Shown: positions 26,816-36,412 of the stretch, in pieces
How the letters are laid out: each line of letters begins with the position of its first letter
Position numbering within the stretch: the stretch's first letter is position 1
IMG/VR virus record: IMGVR_UViG_3300023184_000106
Coordinates: 3,722 to 67,721 of that record
Reading direction: 5' to 3' (one strand)
Source of the DNA: a virus
Length of the DNA: 64,000 bases
Made by a program: the position numbers and the translations under genes
The notes under the pieces: generated by a model
What the model was told of the DNA's origin: nothing
The model's input: only the letters and a program-made list of their open reading frames with translations
Database searches by the model: none

Positions 26816-27415
26816 TTAATTATAGTACTCCGAGACTTTTAAAATAACATAATCAACTATTTTTTCTGAGTCTTCTGGCGTATGGTGCTTCCATTCATCT
26901 AAAACTGGATATACCCTACCAACAACATTGTACATAACCTCAATTGGTTCTGGTAAATTATTGTCTTCAGATAATCTTCTAAATAGCAATGTAATATCAT
27001 CCCACGTTTTATAAAACTCATCGTCTTCGACCAGCCACCAAGGTGTCATTAGGACTAATTTAGTATTATAGTCTTTACAAAACTTTAATATATCAGTAAA
27101 ATATTTAGTAAGAACACTTTCCATATTGCCATGCTTTTGATACTGGTTTAGAGCTGCATCCATTCCGCCAAATTCAGAAACAATAACGGAGTTTTCACCT
27201 AGATCTAACATATTATTTTTAAAAAGATCTTCAAGATACTTATAGGTTACCCCAAAAGCTGTTCTGCTATGTTGCCATAAAAACTTTAATTCGTAGCCCG
27301 ACTTGCTTCTACTGAAATTGCCATACTCAAGAGCTCTTAACGGACCTGCATGGACAACACCTCCAGATGCATATGCAATCTGGCTTTCTCCAATAATAAA
27401 TATATTTTTAATCAT
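26816..27415 (-). CDS. SGNH-like protein, tandem paralog 1
   Basis: IGESQ, EFGGMD, KHHTPEDSE. Confidence 0.6.
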   Translation of the reverse strand: MIKNIFIIGESQIAYASGGVVHAGPLRALEYGNFSRSKSGYELKFLWQHSRTAFGVTYKYLEDLFKNNMLDLGENSVIVSEFGGMDAALNQYQKHGNMESVLTKYFTDILKFCKDYNTKLVLMTPWWLVEDDEFYKTWDDITLLFRRLSEDNNLPEPIEVMYNVVGRVYPVLDEWKHHTPEDSEKIVDYVILKVSEYYN

Positions 27416-27555
27416 TTTCTAATTAAACCAAATTTCTCTAAGTATCTTTGTATAGTCATGGCGGAAACGCTACATTCGGCTCCTATTTCGGTAACAGTTT
27501 TCTTTTGCACTACATATCTTCTATATAGCCATTCCTTACTTTGATAAAATTTCAT
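27412..27555 (-). CDS. Small HTH DNA-binding protein (47 aa)
   Basis: Hand-translated MKFYQSKEWLYRRYVVQKKTVTEIGAECSVSAMTIQRYLEKFGLIRK; ATGA overlaps on both sides. Confidence 0.7.
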   Translation of the reverse strand: MKFYQSKEWLYRRYVVQKKTVTEIGAECSVSAMTIQRYLEKFGLIRK

Positions 27556-28121
27556 CGCTCTGTTAATACTTTGTTAGCATAATGTGCAATACCAAAGCTA
27601 TCTGCCACGTCAAAATCCACCACATTTAGATTATACTTTGTATTAAAGTAATCAGCAGTTCTCTGCTTTCTCATATTTCGTAATTTGTTTTTATACCAGG
27701 AATCCGCATACCCTGGGCTCAACGCTCTTATTGCAGACTTCTCATCTTTTGTCGGATTTTTGTTGCCAATGTACGCCTGCCACGAGGATGGGCTAATAGT
27801 AATAACCTTAGCACCAGTAGACATAAGCTCAGCAATAACAACTCCATAGACATAAGACAATTTTATCACAGCATCTGGTGATCTGACAAGTATGGCTCCT
27901 TCTACAGCAATATAATCGCTTTTTAGTTCGTCTAGCATTACAAACATTTTATTTTTAGCATCATATATTTTTTCATATATATCGTTTCCATTTAAATTAA
28001 TTTTGCCCCACTTTAATGGTACGTCATTTTCCATGAGGCAAAAAGCTATTGAGCTTGTGGATGCGTCTATTCCCAGCACCCTGTTTGCTTTTGTTTTAAC
28101 CAGGCTGGCTAGCTTCATCAA
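27552..28121 (-). CDS. RuvC-like Holliday junction resolvase
   Basis: VLGIDAST, IAVE, DVADSFGIA acidic RNase-H-fold residues. Confidence 0.8.
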   Translation of the reverse strand: MMKLASLVKTKANRVLGIDASTSSIAFCLMENDVPLKWGKINLNGNDIYEKIYDAKNKMFVMLDELKSDYIAVEGAILVRSPDAVIKLSYVYGVVIAELMSTGAKVITISPSSWQAYIGNKNPTKDEKSAIRALSPGYADSWYKNKLRNMRKQRTADYFNTKYNLNVVDFDVADSFGIAHYANKVLTER

Positions 28122-28383
28122 TCATCCCTAAAACAGATTTCCTATGCCTTATGGCATTATTTTTTTCACAACTTGAGCAAATTTCATAATGATTATACCG
28201 ACTTAGTTGAGCATTACATTTTTTGCATATTCGTACTGCGCCATTTCTAATAGCTTTTTTTTCATAATACTTTTGCATAATTTTTTTGTTTGTTGCAACT
28301 CTGCAGCATTCATTAGAGCAATATTTTTGATTGTGCGTTTTTGCATCAAAATCTATTGCACAATCTTTATTAAAGCATATCAT
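28096..28383 (-). CDS. Cys-rich hypothetical protein
   Basis: QKYCSNECC, CKKC, CSSC. Confidence 0.6.
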   Translation of the reverse strand: MICFNKDCAIDFDAKTHNQKYCSNECCRVATNKKIMQKYYEKKAIRNGAVRICKKCNAQLSRYNHYEICSSCEKNNAIRHRKSVLGMIDEASQPG

Positions 28384-29171
28384 ATTAATGGTGCCTCGTA
28401 TAATTCTATTTGCACTGTTCCAATAGGGCCTGATTTGTCGTAGCATGATTTTTTAACTGGACAATATGTGCATGGCATTTTTGATTTTGTTGCGCCCGCT
28501 GGACGCATTGGCAAATCTCCATTTTTAAAATTATCATAAACTTCTTGCATCCATAGGAATGCATCCTCAATAATTTTTTTATTTTTATCATTCATAGAAA
28601 TTGGAATAATCAATATCTCTTGTGTGTTTTTATTTTCATATAAAAAGAAGCCCTCTTTGGCATTTTTTAGTTTCATGTAAGTAAGAAGTTGAAGCATATG
28701 GTTTGTGGTGGATTTCATTTCAGACTGTCTTGTATCCCATACCTCTTGCTTTGCCGTTTTAATTTCGCCGATAACCGTTTCACCATCATACTCCATAATA
28801 AGATCTATAAAGCCACGAATTGGAGGATACTCATTAATGATCTCTTCTTCTTCCGCTCTCCACTCTGGCATAGTAGCAATGAGCTTTTGTAGTCTCTCGT
28901 GAGCTTGAGTTCCTTGTGCCATATTTGCAACAGCAACTGCATCATTATCGTCCACAAAGACTGCGCCAGAAAAAGCCATGTACCAGTATCTAGGGCACTT
29001 TCCGTGCCCGTAGCCTAAAGAGCTAGGGCTAAATGATTTTTTTGTCATTAGGCCGTCTGCACGTTTTGTATTTCTGTATGACTCATCAAGTAGCTGGGCA
29101 AAAAGTTCAGGGTCAAAAAATTTACCTGTATGTTTTTTAAATTTAAGGTTTTTTACAATATCTCTTCCCAT
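28380..29171 (-). CDS. Cas4/RecB-like PD-(D/E)XK exonuclease
   Basis: CPR...GTQAH...GFID...GEIKT...QLLTY...CTYCPVKKSC Fe-S cysteines. Confidence 0.85.
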   Translation of the reverse strand: MGRDIVKNLKFKKHTGKFFDPELFAQLLDESYRNTKRADGLMTKKSFSPSSLGYGHGKCPRYWYMAFSGAVFVDDNDAVAVANMAQGTQAHERLQKLIATMPEWRAEEEEIINEYPPIRGFIDLIMEYDGETVIGEIKTAKQEVWDTRQSEMKSTTNHMLQLLTYMKLKNAKEGFFLYENKNTQEILIIPISMNDKNKKIIEDAFLWMQEVYDNFKNGDLPMRPAGATKSKMPCTYCPVKKSCYDKSGPIGTVQIELYEAPLI

Positions 29172-29509
29172 TATGAGTTGTACCTAACGACATACTTAAG
29201 TGCATCTACAAGTTTGTCTATGGACTCCTTTACTGAATAGTAAATATTTTTCTTGTTATTATTAGATGTACCAGCTTTATCTTTAGCAATTGTAGAGTAT
29301 ACAGAAGCAAGCACTGCAAATTTTGTAGACATGGCTTGAAGCTCCATAATCAAATGTGGTGCCTTTGCGGAAGGGACATCTGGGTTCATTAATATCTTAA
29401 CAACAATAGCAAGGGCCTTATCTAAGTGCTCGTCCTGCATATACTCATGAAGATCATTAAACTCTGTGATATCGCTAATCAACTGAAGTGTGTTTTTATC
29501 CTCTGTCAT
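29171..29509 (-). CDS. Hypothetical helical protein
   Basis: ORF track; start moved to MTEDK. Confidence 0.6.
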   Translation of the reverse strand: MTEDKNTLQLISDITEFNDLHEYMQDEHLDKALAIVVKILMNPDVPSAKAPHLIMELQAMSTKFAVLASVYSTIAKDKAGTSNNNKKNIYYSVKESIDKLVDALKYVVRYNS

Positions 29510-29600
29510 TTTTAATCCTCTTATCCCATTTGTCTGCAAACAATCCCATTCCATAACCAACTACAACGCCAACCATAAGTCCCATTAAAAATAATGTCAT
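29496..29600 (-). CDS. Small single-TM peptide (34 aa)
   Basis: Hand-translated MTLFLMGLMVGVVVGYGMGLFADKWDKRIKNDRG. Confidence 0.55.
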   Translation of the reverse strand: MTLFLMGLMVGVVVGYGMGLFADKWDKRIKNDRG

Positions 29601-29758
29601 GACATAAACCTCTGAACAATCCCATACCCCATCCATAAACCAAAGATTCCCATAAGCCCCGCAAAAACTGGTGGGGCAGGAACTGGTAGCTTAAAGATGC
29701 TAAATACTGCCCCAACTCCCATACCAGTAAGTGTTGTTAAAAATACTTCTTTAATCAT
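29597..29758 (-). CDS. XapX/DUF1427-like small membrane protein (53 aa)
   Basis: Hand-translated MIKEVFLTTLTGMGVGAVFSIFKLPVPAPPVFAGLMGIFGLWMGYGIVQRFMS; LPVPAPP hairpin motif. Confidence 0.75.
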   Translation of the reverse strand: MIKEVFLTTLTGMGVGAVFSIFKLPVPAPPVFAGLMGIFGLWMGYGIVQRFMS

Positions 29759-30708
29759 TGGTCTCTTCCGTCTATGTATGTTTCCGATTTAATATAAATT
29801 GGAACTGATGGATCGCTATCGTTTGGAGCCCCACCTTCAAAAATTAATTGTCTTCCCACATTCCCAGCATCTTCAAAATCTTTTACTTTATCATTTGTCA
29901 TCCTTAACCAAAGTGCTAGCCCGTGATTCTTTAATCCGTTATTCCATTCTTTAGTACCTGAGCTTCTATACAGACCAAATGTTCTAATGAATACTTTATT
30001 CGATCCGCCAGTTACGGCTCTTGCCCCATGCCAATATGGTCTACCAGACGGGAATACGGTGACATCGCCACGCTTTGGCTTATATACAATTAAATTTCCA
30101 GTTGCTTCATCAACAAAGTCTATTTCCCCTCCTTCGTAATCATCGTTAATATAAATTGTGTATGTGAGTATCTGCTTTGGCCCTGGCTCATCTTTTCTGT
30201 GATCGTGCCAGTCTGTGTGAACTCCAATTGTATAATCTTTTTCTAAATTAAGTTTGTGTTGTAGTATTTCAAAACTAGACAAACACATATTGTCTAGATT
30301 ATCCGTTTCACGTTCAAAAATATCCCACTTAGGAATATCATAGGTCCAGTCTCCAGCGTCTTTCCATTTTTCTATATAATCAAAATGGGCTTTGCCAATT
30401 GCGTCTTGAAGAATTAAATAACCCATAGCCTGCGGGGATTGATCCCCGATATCTTTTATAGAACCCCAAACGCTTTTTATACCGTAGGTGTACCATGACT
30501 CCCATGTACGAATTAGGCTTCCATCCTTTTTATCTCTAGGCTCTTCCCCGTGATAATCATTTAAAACTGATTCAAGTGGATCAAGCGAATCGTGGCTTAT
30601 CATATCTTCTTGAGACTTACTAATTTCTGCAAATATAAGATCCAAATCTTTATCAGAAATTAAATTTTTATATACTGTAATTTGAGGTAATATTTCAATT
30701 TTATCCAT
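29755..30708 (-). CDS. 2OG-Fe(II) oxygenase (prolyl-4-hydroxylase-like)
   Basis: HTD, YINDDYEGGEI, KPKRGDVTVFPS, WHG, distal K. Confidence 0.85.
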   Translation of the reverse strand: MDKIEILPQITVYKNLISDKDLDLIFAEISKSQEDMISHDSLDPLESVLNDYHGEEPRDKKDGSLIRTWESWYTYGIKSVWGSIKDIGDQSPQAMGYLILQDAIGKAHFDYIEKWKDAGDWTYDIPKWDIFERETDNLDNMCLSSFEILQHKLNLEKDYTIGVHTDWHDHRKDEPGPKQILTYTIYINDDYEGGEIDFVDEATGNLIVYKPKRGDVTVFPSGRPYWHGARAVTGGSNKVFIRTFGLYRSSGTKEWNNGLKNHGLALWLRMTNDKVKDFEDAGNVGRQLIFEGGAPNDSDPSVPIYIKSETYIDGRDQ

Positions 30709-31006
30709 TATGTTTCTCCCAAAACTCTATTAGTTCTTCTAGTACAGACCACTCTATTATACCAAGTCTTACCTTGGACTCCGTTCCTATAATTATCTTT
30801 AAAGCTGGATGCATATCTCTGTTTACCTTAAAGGTGTCAGTACAAATTTTGGCCCAGTTGTCTTTATTTAATGTAAAAGATTTTCCAGATTCTTTATAGT
30901 CAACAAGAAACTTGCCCCATTTAGCATCTCCCTTTTGATAGTCTCCACGTCCTGAATTTTTTTGAGCCTTGGCCCCATCCCGTTTTACTTCAGATCGCTC
31001 TGACAT
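30701..31006 (-). CDS. Small PD-(D/E)XK-like nuclease / resolvase-like protein
   Basis: NSGRG...KGDA...VDYKE. Confidence 0.5.
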   Translation of the reverse strand: MSERSEVKRDGAKAQKNSGRGDYQKGDAKWGKFLVDYKESGKSFTLNKDNWAKICTDTFKVNRDMHPALKIIIGTESKVRLGIIEWSVLEELIEFWEKHNG

Positions 31007-31188
31007 TACTGCACCATAAACTTTGACTCGTGACCTTTGGAACATTTCCAGGACATTGATAAATTAATTGGATCCCAAAATGCGCCATCTACGTTTTCTT
31101 CACAAAATTTACACGGCCTGATTCCTTCTAAAAACTCCAAGTTTTTATTATCATCTTTAGGATTTAAAAATTCATCAAGATCTGGCAT
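31006..31188 (-). CDS. Small Zn-binding hypothetical protein
   Basis: CKFC...CSKGH. Confidence 0.55.
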   Translation of the reverse strand: MPDLDEFLNPKDDNKNLEFLEGIRPCKFCEENVDGAFWDPINLSMSWKCSKGHESKFMVQ

Positions 31189-32182
31189 TTATTTCTGACA
31201 CCAGCCCCTCAACTACATCTGGGTGATCTTTTAAATACAAAACAGCTTTAGCACGACCCTGAAGTCGTTCTCCATTAACTGTATACCAAGCGCCGCCCTT
31301 TTCAACAATTCCGCACATCTCTGCAACGTCAAGAACTTCACCTACTCTATCTACCCCTAAAACTTCCCCTTGGTAATAGAAATCGTATTGTCCTGATAAA
31401 TTAGGGGGGCCGAGTTTGTTGTAATCAATAATCCAATTGACGGGTCTCCCAACTCTTTGTTCAATAACCTTGTCGCCAACCTTAACACCAGCTTTAATAG
31501 CATTAGCCTCTGCTTCTGAAGACCAAAGCTTAATGACCGTTGAGGAGAAGAATTTAACTGCCATTCCTCCCGTAGGGATGTGACTAGCGTGCATTGATCC
31601 AAATTGATTTCTTTGTTGTGAGATAAGAACAAGTAGTGTATTTTTGTTTGCATAATTTAACATCTTGACTGCGTGAGTCATATCCTTTGCTTCTGCGCCG
31701 ATTTGCTTTGTATCTTGCAAATCCTTCATTTCATTTCCATCTTTTTCAAAATAGATTGCTGGTAGTAATGCTGAAATAGAATCAACTACTATTAAATCTA
31801 CACCCGCATCCATTAATTTAGTAGCGACATCAACCATATCGTTAACTGTTTTTGCTGGTGAATAGATAAGGGAAGATGAATCTACTCCTAGTTGCTCAGC
31901 CCAGGATTGGTCGTAAGAAGCTTCTGCATCAATCCACGCACACGTTTTGCCATCTTTTTGTGCAATGGCAATCATCTGTAAGCAAAAAGAAGATTTACCA
32001 GCAGATTTATTTCCCCATACAAGTGCTTGCCTTCCGTAACCCAGGCCTCCACGAAGTGCAAAGTTTAGCCCAATACTGGGAGTTAATTGTTTATCAACCT
32101 TAACATCTTGTGCCGATTTAACCCTGGCTCTTGTTTTTGGATCAAGTTTAGCCAATACGTTATCTATATCTACGGTCATCAA
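31175..32182 (-). CDS. recA: RecA/UvsX-like recombinase
   Basis: GNKSAGKS Walker A, WIDAE, IVVDSISAL, TGG.A.KF, KGGAWY. Confidence 0.93.
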   Translation of the reverse strand: MMTVDIDNVLAKLDPKTRARVKSAQDVKVDKQLTPSIGLNFALRGGLGYGRQALVWGNKSAGKSSFCLQMIAIAQKDGKTCAWIDAEASYDQSWAEQLGVDSSSLIYSPAKTVNDMVDVATKLMDAGVDLIVVDSISALLPAIYFEKDGNEMKDLQDTKQIGAEAKDMTHAVKMLNYANKNTLLVLISQQRNQFGSMHASHIPTGGMAVKFFSSTVIKLWSSEAEANAIKAGVKVGDKVIEQRVGRPVNWIIDYNKLGPPNLSGQYDFYYQGEVLGVDRVGEVLDVAEMCGIVEKGGAWYTVNGERLQGRAKAVLYLKDHPDVVEGLVSEINARS

Positions 32183-32183
32183 A

Positions 32184-32510
32184 TCACTTTCTATAAAATG
32201 GGCTATTGTAATCTACAAATCCAACTTCTAAATTGCCTCTTGTACATTGAAAACCTATTGCATTTAAAGGTCTATATCCATCATCTTCGTACATTAATTC
32301 AAACCCAAACTCTTTTTTATTTGTGTCGTAAGTTACGCACATAGCGCTTCCGTTATTTGTAATAAAATCATTGGGCCACTCTTGTTTATTTAATAGCTCC
32401 ATAAGCATGTTTTCTGGCACACTCATTTTCCCATTGTGCTTTAATAAAGCAACTAAAGCTGAGGTAGCTTTTAAATTTTCAAAAATTGTTTTTAGTTTAT
32501 CGTCTTCCAT
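32184..32510 (-). CDS. Hypothetical protein (probable paralog of 32875..33123)
   Basis: IFENLKATSALVALLKHNGKMSV vs IFKSLSLSAILVAAIQTLGEIRV; leaderless TGGTATACT-N6-ATG. Confidence 0.6.
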   Translation of the reverse strand: MEDDKLKTIFENLKATSALVALLKHNGKMSVPENMLMELLNKQEWPNDFITNNGSAMCVTYDTNKKEFGFELMYEDDGYRPLNAIGFQCTRGNLEVGFVDYNSPFYRK

Positions 32511-32525
32511 ATTTTCAGTATACCA

Positions 32526-32921
32526 TTAATCTAAATTGTTGTGAAGTGATGCTATAATAGCTTTATTATTTTCTATTTGCCTAATCAAAAGCTCATCAAT
32601 ACTGTGTTCTACAAATTCTACATTACGCATAGCCGCATAAAGATCAAGTGTTCTAATTAAAATCATTACTAGGCACGCAACTATTTCTTCGGAGTCTTTA
32701 TCATTTTTTATTGCCTCAAGAATTTCTTTTACTTCACCCGCAATGTATCCAAGTTTGGTATTAAATGAGCTATAGTCTCTTGGCCCGTCCCAAAATCCTT
32801 TTTCAACCGCAGCTTCATGTAAAATTGCAGCAAGTGCGTCTAGGCCATAATCCGTTGGCAATTGTATTTCTGTTTTATTCAAAGTCTGTAATGAGATCGT
32901 TTTCGTTATTTCCTGATCCAT
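32526..32921 (-). CDS. MazG-like nucleotide pyrophosphohydrolase fold, apparently degenerate
   Basis: HEAAVEKGFW, GEVKEILEA, IRTLDL; second acidic motif replaced by ACLVM. Confidence 0.6.
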   Translation of the reverse strand: MDQEITKTISLQTLNKTEIQLPTDYGLDALAAILHEAAVEKGFWDGPRDYSSFNTKLGYIAGEVKEILEAIKNDKDSEEIVACLVMILIRTLDLYAAMRNVEFVEHSIDELLIRQIENNKAIIASLHNNLD

Positions 32922-33123
32922 TTTTCTCCTTTAATGTAAAAACAAATGTTTGACCGTCAATTAGGTCAACTTTTAATTCTCTATCCTCTTTTGCCATATT
33001 CATAAACAGCTTGGCATCAACTCTAATTTCACCTAATGTTTGAATTGCTGCGACTAATATTGCTGAAAGACTAAGAGACTTAAAAATCTCTTCCACTTCA
33101 TTTGTGCCTGATTCTTCTGTCAT
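32875..33123 (-). CDS. Hypothetical protein
   Basis: 82-aa ORF coupled to dnaE. Confidence 0.6.
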   Translation of the reverse strand: MTEESGTNEVEEIFKSLSLSAILVAAIQTLGEIRVDAKLFMNMAKEDRELKVDLIDGQTFVFTLKEKNGSGNNENDLITDFE

Positions 33124-36100
33124 TTTATTTCCTTTACCATTAAAGTTCCATCGTCTAGTGTCGATAAAACAACTTTACACTTCATTCCTTCACGCATTTT
33201 AGCAAGAGACATTTTGTACATAGTTGGAAAAGCAATTACCCTGGTTAATTCTTTTGAAGCATTTGACAATATTATATGGCTCATTGTTTTGCCAGCTTTT
33301 GTAACATATGGGGTAAAGTCTACTACAAAATACTCACCTTCGTCAAGGTCATATTCCTTTTTGTATAAATAATTTACAAAAGAATTCTCTGATCCTTCTT
33401 CCATGTTACCAACCTTTACGTACCTTGCAATTCTATTATCCCCCACAAGTATAAAATACATCTGTCCTGTTTCAATTTGAGTTTGCTCTGTGTGGAATAA
33501 ACCAATTGTTCCAGTCTCATCTACTAACTCTACTCTAGCCCAGCCAGATCCACGTTTAATACTTTTTACCATACCAAACATTACAAATGACCCGAGATCT
33601 TCAAATTCCTCAATTGGCCTTGCCTGAGATTTAATTCTTGGTGGGATACCTTCAAGATTAAATGTTGGAATGCCTAGGTATTCGTAGTAGCTGTCTTTTT
33701 CATTTCCTTGCCTTTTGTTATCATCGAACGCAGCACCGCCGATGGAGTTAAGAGCATTAATAGCACGGCTATTAATACCAGAGCCTTTGCTCGATGCTTT
33801 TTCAATAAATTCAACATAATTTTTGTATGGCCTCTTATCTATAATCTTATTAGCAATACTATCTGAAATAAATTTTACTTCAGCCAATCCAAATCTAATT
33901 GAGTCTCCCTGCAGAGAAAAATAAATATCTGATTCGTTAACGTGAGGAAGCTTAACACTAAGACCTAGTCTTTTTGCTTCAATTAAATATTCAGTTCTTG
34001 CATCTTTATCATTTTCGTTTTTAAGAATTGAAAACATGAATTCAAGAGGATAATAGGACTTAAGCCAAGCAGTATAATAACTAAGCATAGAGTAAGCAAC
34101 AGCATGGGAGCGGTTGAAAGAATAGCCAGCATGAGCCTCAAATGTTTGCCAAAGGGTTTCTGCTTGTTTCTTAGAAATGTGTTTTGAAGCACCATCAATA
34201 AAACTATCCCTGAACTGGTCGAACTCTTTTGCATCCTTTTTCTTTCCAATAATCTTGCGGACCTTATCAGCCTCTGACCAAGTCATACCCCCAAGGTGTA
34301 CGCATGCCTGCATAACCTGCTCTTGATATATGATAACACCATATGTGTTCTCGGTAAAGGGCTTCATTATTGGGTGAATAAACCGTACCGCTTCATTTCC
34401 GTGCTTACGTTTTACATAAGAAGCTCCTACTGTATTCATAGCACCTGGCCTTACCAGGGCATTTGACGCAGCAAGATCTTCAAATTTATCCACTCCCATC
34501 TTAATCAGAAGGTTTGTGTATGGTGTTGCTTCAGCCTGGAACACACCCTTTGTGTATCCATCGCTTAAAAGCTTATATACATTTTCATCAGCAAAGTCTA
34601 GGTCAGATAAATTAATATCTTTACCCGATCTTTTTTTAATTGATGAAAGTGTGTCTGATATAACGGAAAGAGTTTTTAATCCTAGGGCATCTAACTTGAT
34701 TAATCCAATATCCGCAACCGTATCCATGTCGTAAGCAACAACGGGGATTCTTCCAGATACAAGGTCGCTTGCGTCGGCTCTTGATTCGACTGGAGCATAT
34801 TTTCTTAATTCATCTTTTGCTACTACAACTCCTGCGGCGTGCACCCCAACGGATCTTATTCTTCCACGCAGTCTATCAGCAAGCCAGACAACTTCTGGGT
34901 ACTTACCCCTAAACTCTTTTGTATTTGGAGAGTCAATAAAATCTTCAAATGTATCAATTGATTTCATTGCACGATTTACGTCTTGAAGTGGAACCATAAA
35001 TACACGAGCAGCATCTCTAATAACACCTTTATCTTTAAAATAAGTATAAGTAGAAATAGATGCAACGTGCTTAAACTTCTTCTTTAAATAGTCTTTAACC
35101 TCTTTACGGCGACGGTCTTCAAAATCTGTATCAATATCTGGAAAGTCATTTCGCTCTGGGTTAATAAAACGAAAAAACAAAAGGTCATATTTAATTGGAT
35201 CTACATCCGTAATGCCAAGTGAGTAGCAGACCAGCGAGCCTGCCGCTGAACCACGCCCTGGCCCAACCTTAATGTCATTGCCCTTTGCCCAGTTAATCAT
35301 GTCTGCAACAACCAAGAAATAGGAAGCAAATGACTTATCTTTAATTACAGATAACTCCTCATTAAGCCTATCAATGTATACCTGAGACTCTGCCAGATCT
35401 AGCCGTTTAAGGCCTTCAGAGGCCATCTGAGCCAGTTTCTCGTCGGCATCTGTCTTAGGTACTGGGAGCAGGTCTAAACCCCTGTTAAAATCGTATTCTT
35501 CAATTTTTTCAGATATCTCAATAGTGTTGTCATATATATCGGTACGAGTAATTCCAGCCTTATTAAAATCAGCTTCAATTTCAGACCTTGATTGAATAAA
35601 TAAATTGTAGTCCTGAAAGGATATTCTACGGTCTGGATATAAGTAATTTAATCTTTCATTAATATCTTTAATCTGTCTAGACATTTCAAAGTCAGCATCT
35701 TTATCCATTTTAGGGGATGTTGATAATATAAGCATTGCCTCTTCTAATACTCTATCTTCTTCTTTAGCAAAGTGAGCATCACCTGTTGCCACCGCTTTAA
35801 TTTTAAGTTTGTCTGCTAATTCTAAAAGGGCAGAGTTGATTTCCATAGGGTTATGTGATTGCACTTCCACGTAAAAATCTTGTCCGAAAGTTTGTTTAAA
35901 ACCTTTGAGAAGAAGTTCTGCTTCCTCCATGTTACCTTTATCGATAGCCTTACTAATGAGTCCATTAAGACATCCGCTGAGAACGATAATACCTTCGCTA
36001 TAATCATTTAAAACCTCTCTGTCAATTCTTGGCTTATGATAAAAGCCTTCGTTCCAAGCAAGCTCTTGGAGAGTATTGATATTCTCTAATCCTTTTTTAT

Positions 36101-36389
36101 TCTTTGCTAACAGGATGATGTGGTTATATGCTTGAATAGATTTATCTGTCTTTGAAGACTTATCAAATCTATCTGTTGGAGAGATGTATGCTTCTACTCC
36201 AAGGATTGGCTTGATGCCCTCTTCTTTACACGCAATCTGCATTTCACGGTGTGATGATAATGTTCCGTGATCTGTAATTGCTATTGCTGTTTGTCCCGCC
36301 GCTTTTGCTGCCTGAACAAGTTCAAGGGGAGAGTTAAGCCCATCCATTAAAGAATAGTAGGAATGCACATGCAAATGTGTGAATTTCAT
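33120..36389 (-). CDS. dnaE: DNA polymerase III alpha subunit
   Basis: HLHVHSYYSLMDG PHP domain, GPGRGSAAGSL, PDIDTDF, YSFNRSHA. Confidence 0.97.
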   Translation of the reverse strand: MKFTHLHVHSYYSLMDGLNSPLELVQAAKAAGQTAIAITDHGTLSSHREMQIACKEEGIKPILGVEAYISPTDRFDKSSKTDKSIQAYNHIILLAKNKKGLENINTLQELAWNEGFYHKPRIDREVLNDYSEGIIVLSGCLNGLISKAIDKGNMEEAELLLKGFKQTFGQDFYVEVQSHNPMEINSALLELADKLKIKAVATGDAHFAKEEDRVLEEAMLILSTSPKMDKDADFEMSRQIKDINERLNYLYPDRRISFQDYNLFIQSRSEIEADFNKAGITRTDIYDNTIEISEKIEEYDFNRGLDLLPVPKTDADEKLAQMASEGLKRLDLAESQVYIDRLNEELSVIKDKSFASYFLVVADMINWAKGNDIKVGPGRGSAAGSLVCYSLGITDVDPIKYDLLFFRFINPERNDFPDIDTDFEDRRRKEVKDYLKKKFKHVASISTYTYFKDKGVIRDAARVFMVPLQDVNRAMKSIDTFEDFIDSPNTKEFRGKYPEVVWLADRLRGRIRSVGVHAAGVVVAKDELRKYAPVESRADASDLVSGRIPVVAYDMDTVADIGLIKLDALGLKTLSVISDTLSSIKKRSGKDINLSDLDFADENVYKLLSDGYTKGVFQAEATPYTNLLIKMGVDKFEDLAASNALVRPGAMNTVGASYVKRKHGNEAVRFIHPIMKPFTENTYGVIIYQEQVMQACVHLGGMTWSEADKVRKIIGKKKDAKEFDQFRDSFIDGASKHISKKQAETLWQTFEAHAGYSFNRSHAVAYSMLSYYTAWLKSYYPLEFMFSILKNENDKDARTEYLIEAKRLGLSVKLPHVNESDIYFSLQGDSIRFGLAEVKFISDSIANKIIDKRPYKNYVEFIEKASSKGSGINSRAINALNSIGGAAFDDNKRQGNEKDSYYEYLGIPTFNLEGIPPRIKSQARPIEEFEDLGSFVMFGMVKSIKRGSGWARVELVDETGTIGLFHTEQTQIETGQMYFILVGDNRIARYVKVGNMEEGSENSFVNYLYKKEYDLDEGEYFVVDFTPYVTKAGKTMSHIILSNASKELTRVIAFPTMYKMSLAKMREGMKCKVVLSTLDDGTLMVKEIK

Positions 36390-36412
36390 TTAACTCTCCG
36401 CCCCTGAACCTA

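Noticed and set aside
28380-29171. Cas4-like gene as evidence of a CRISPR-Cas system
   Set aside because: No repeat-spacer array or other cas genes seen; stand-alone Cas4-like nucleases are common in phage recombination modules
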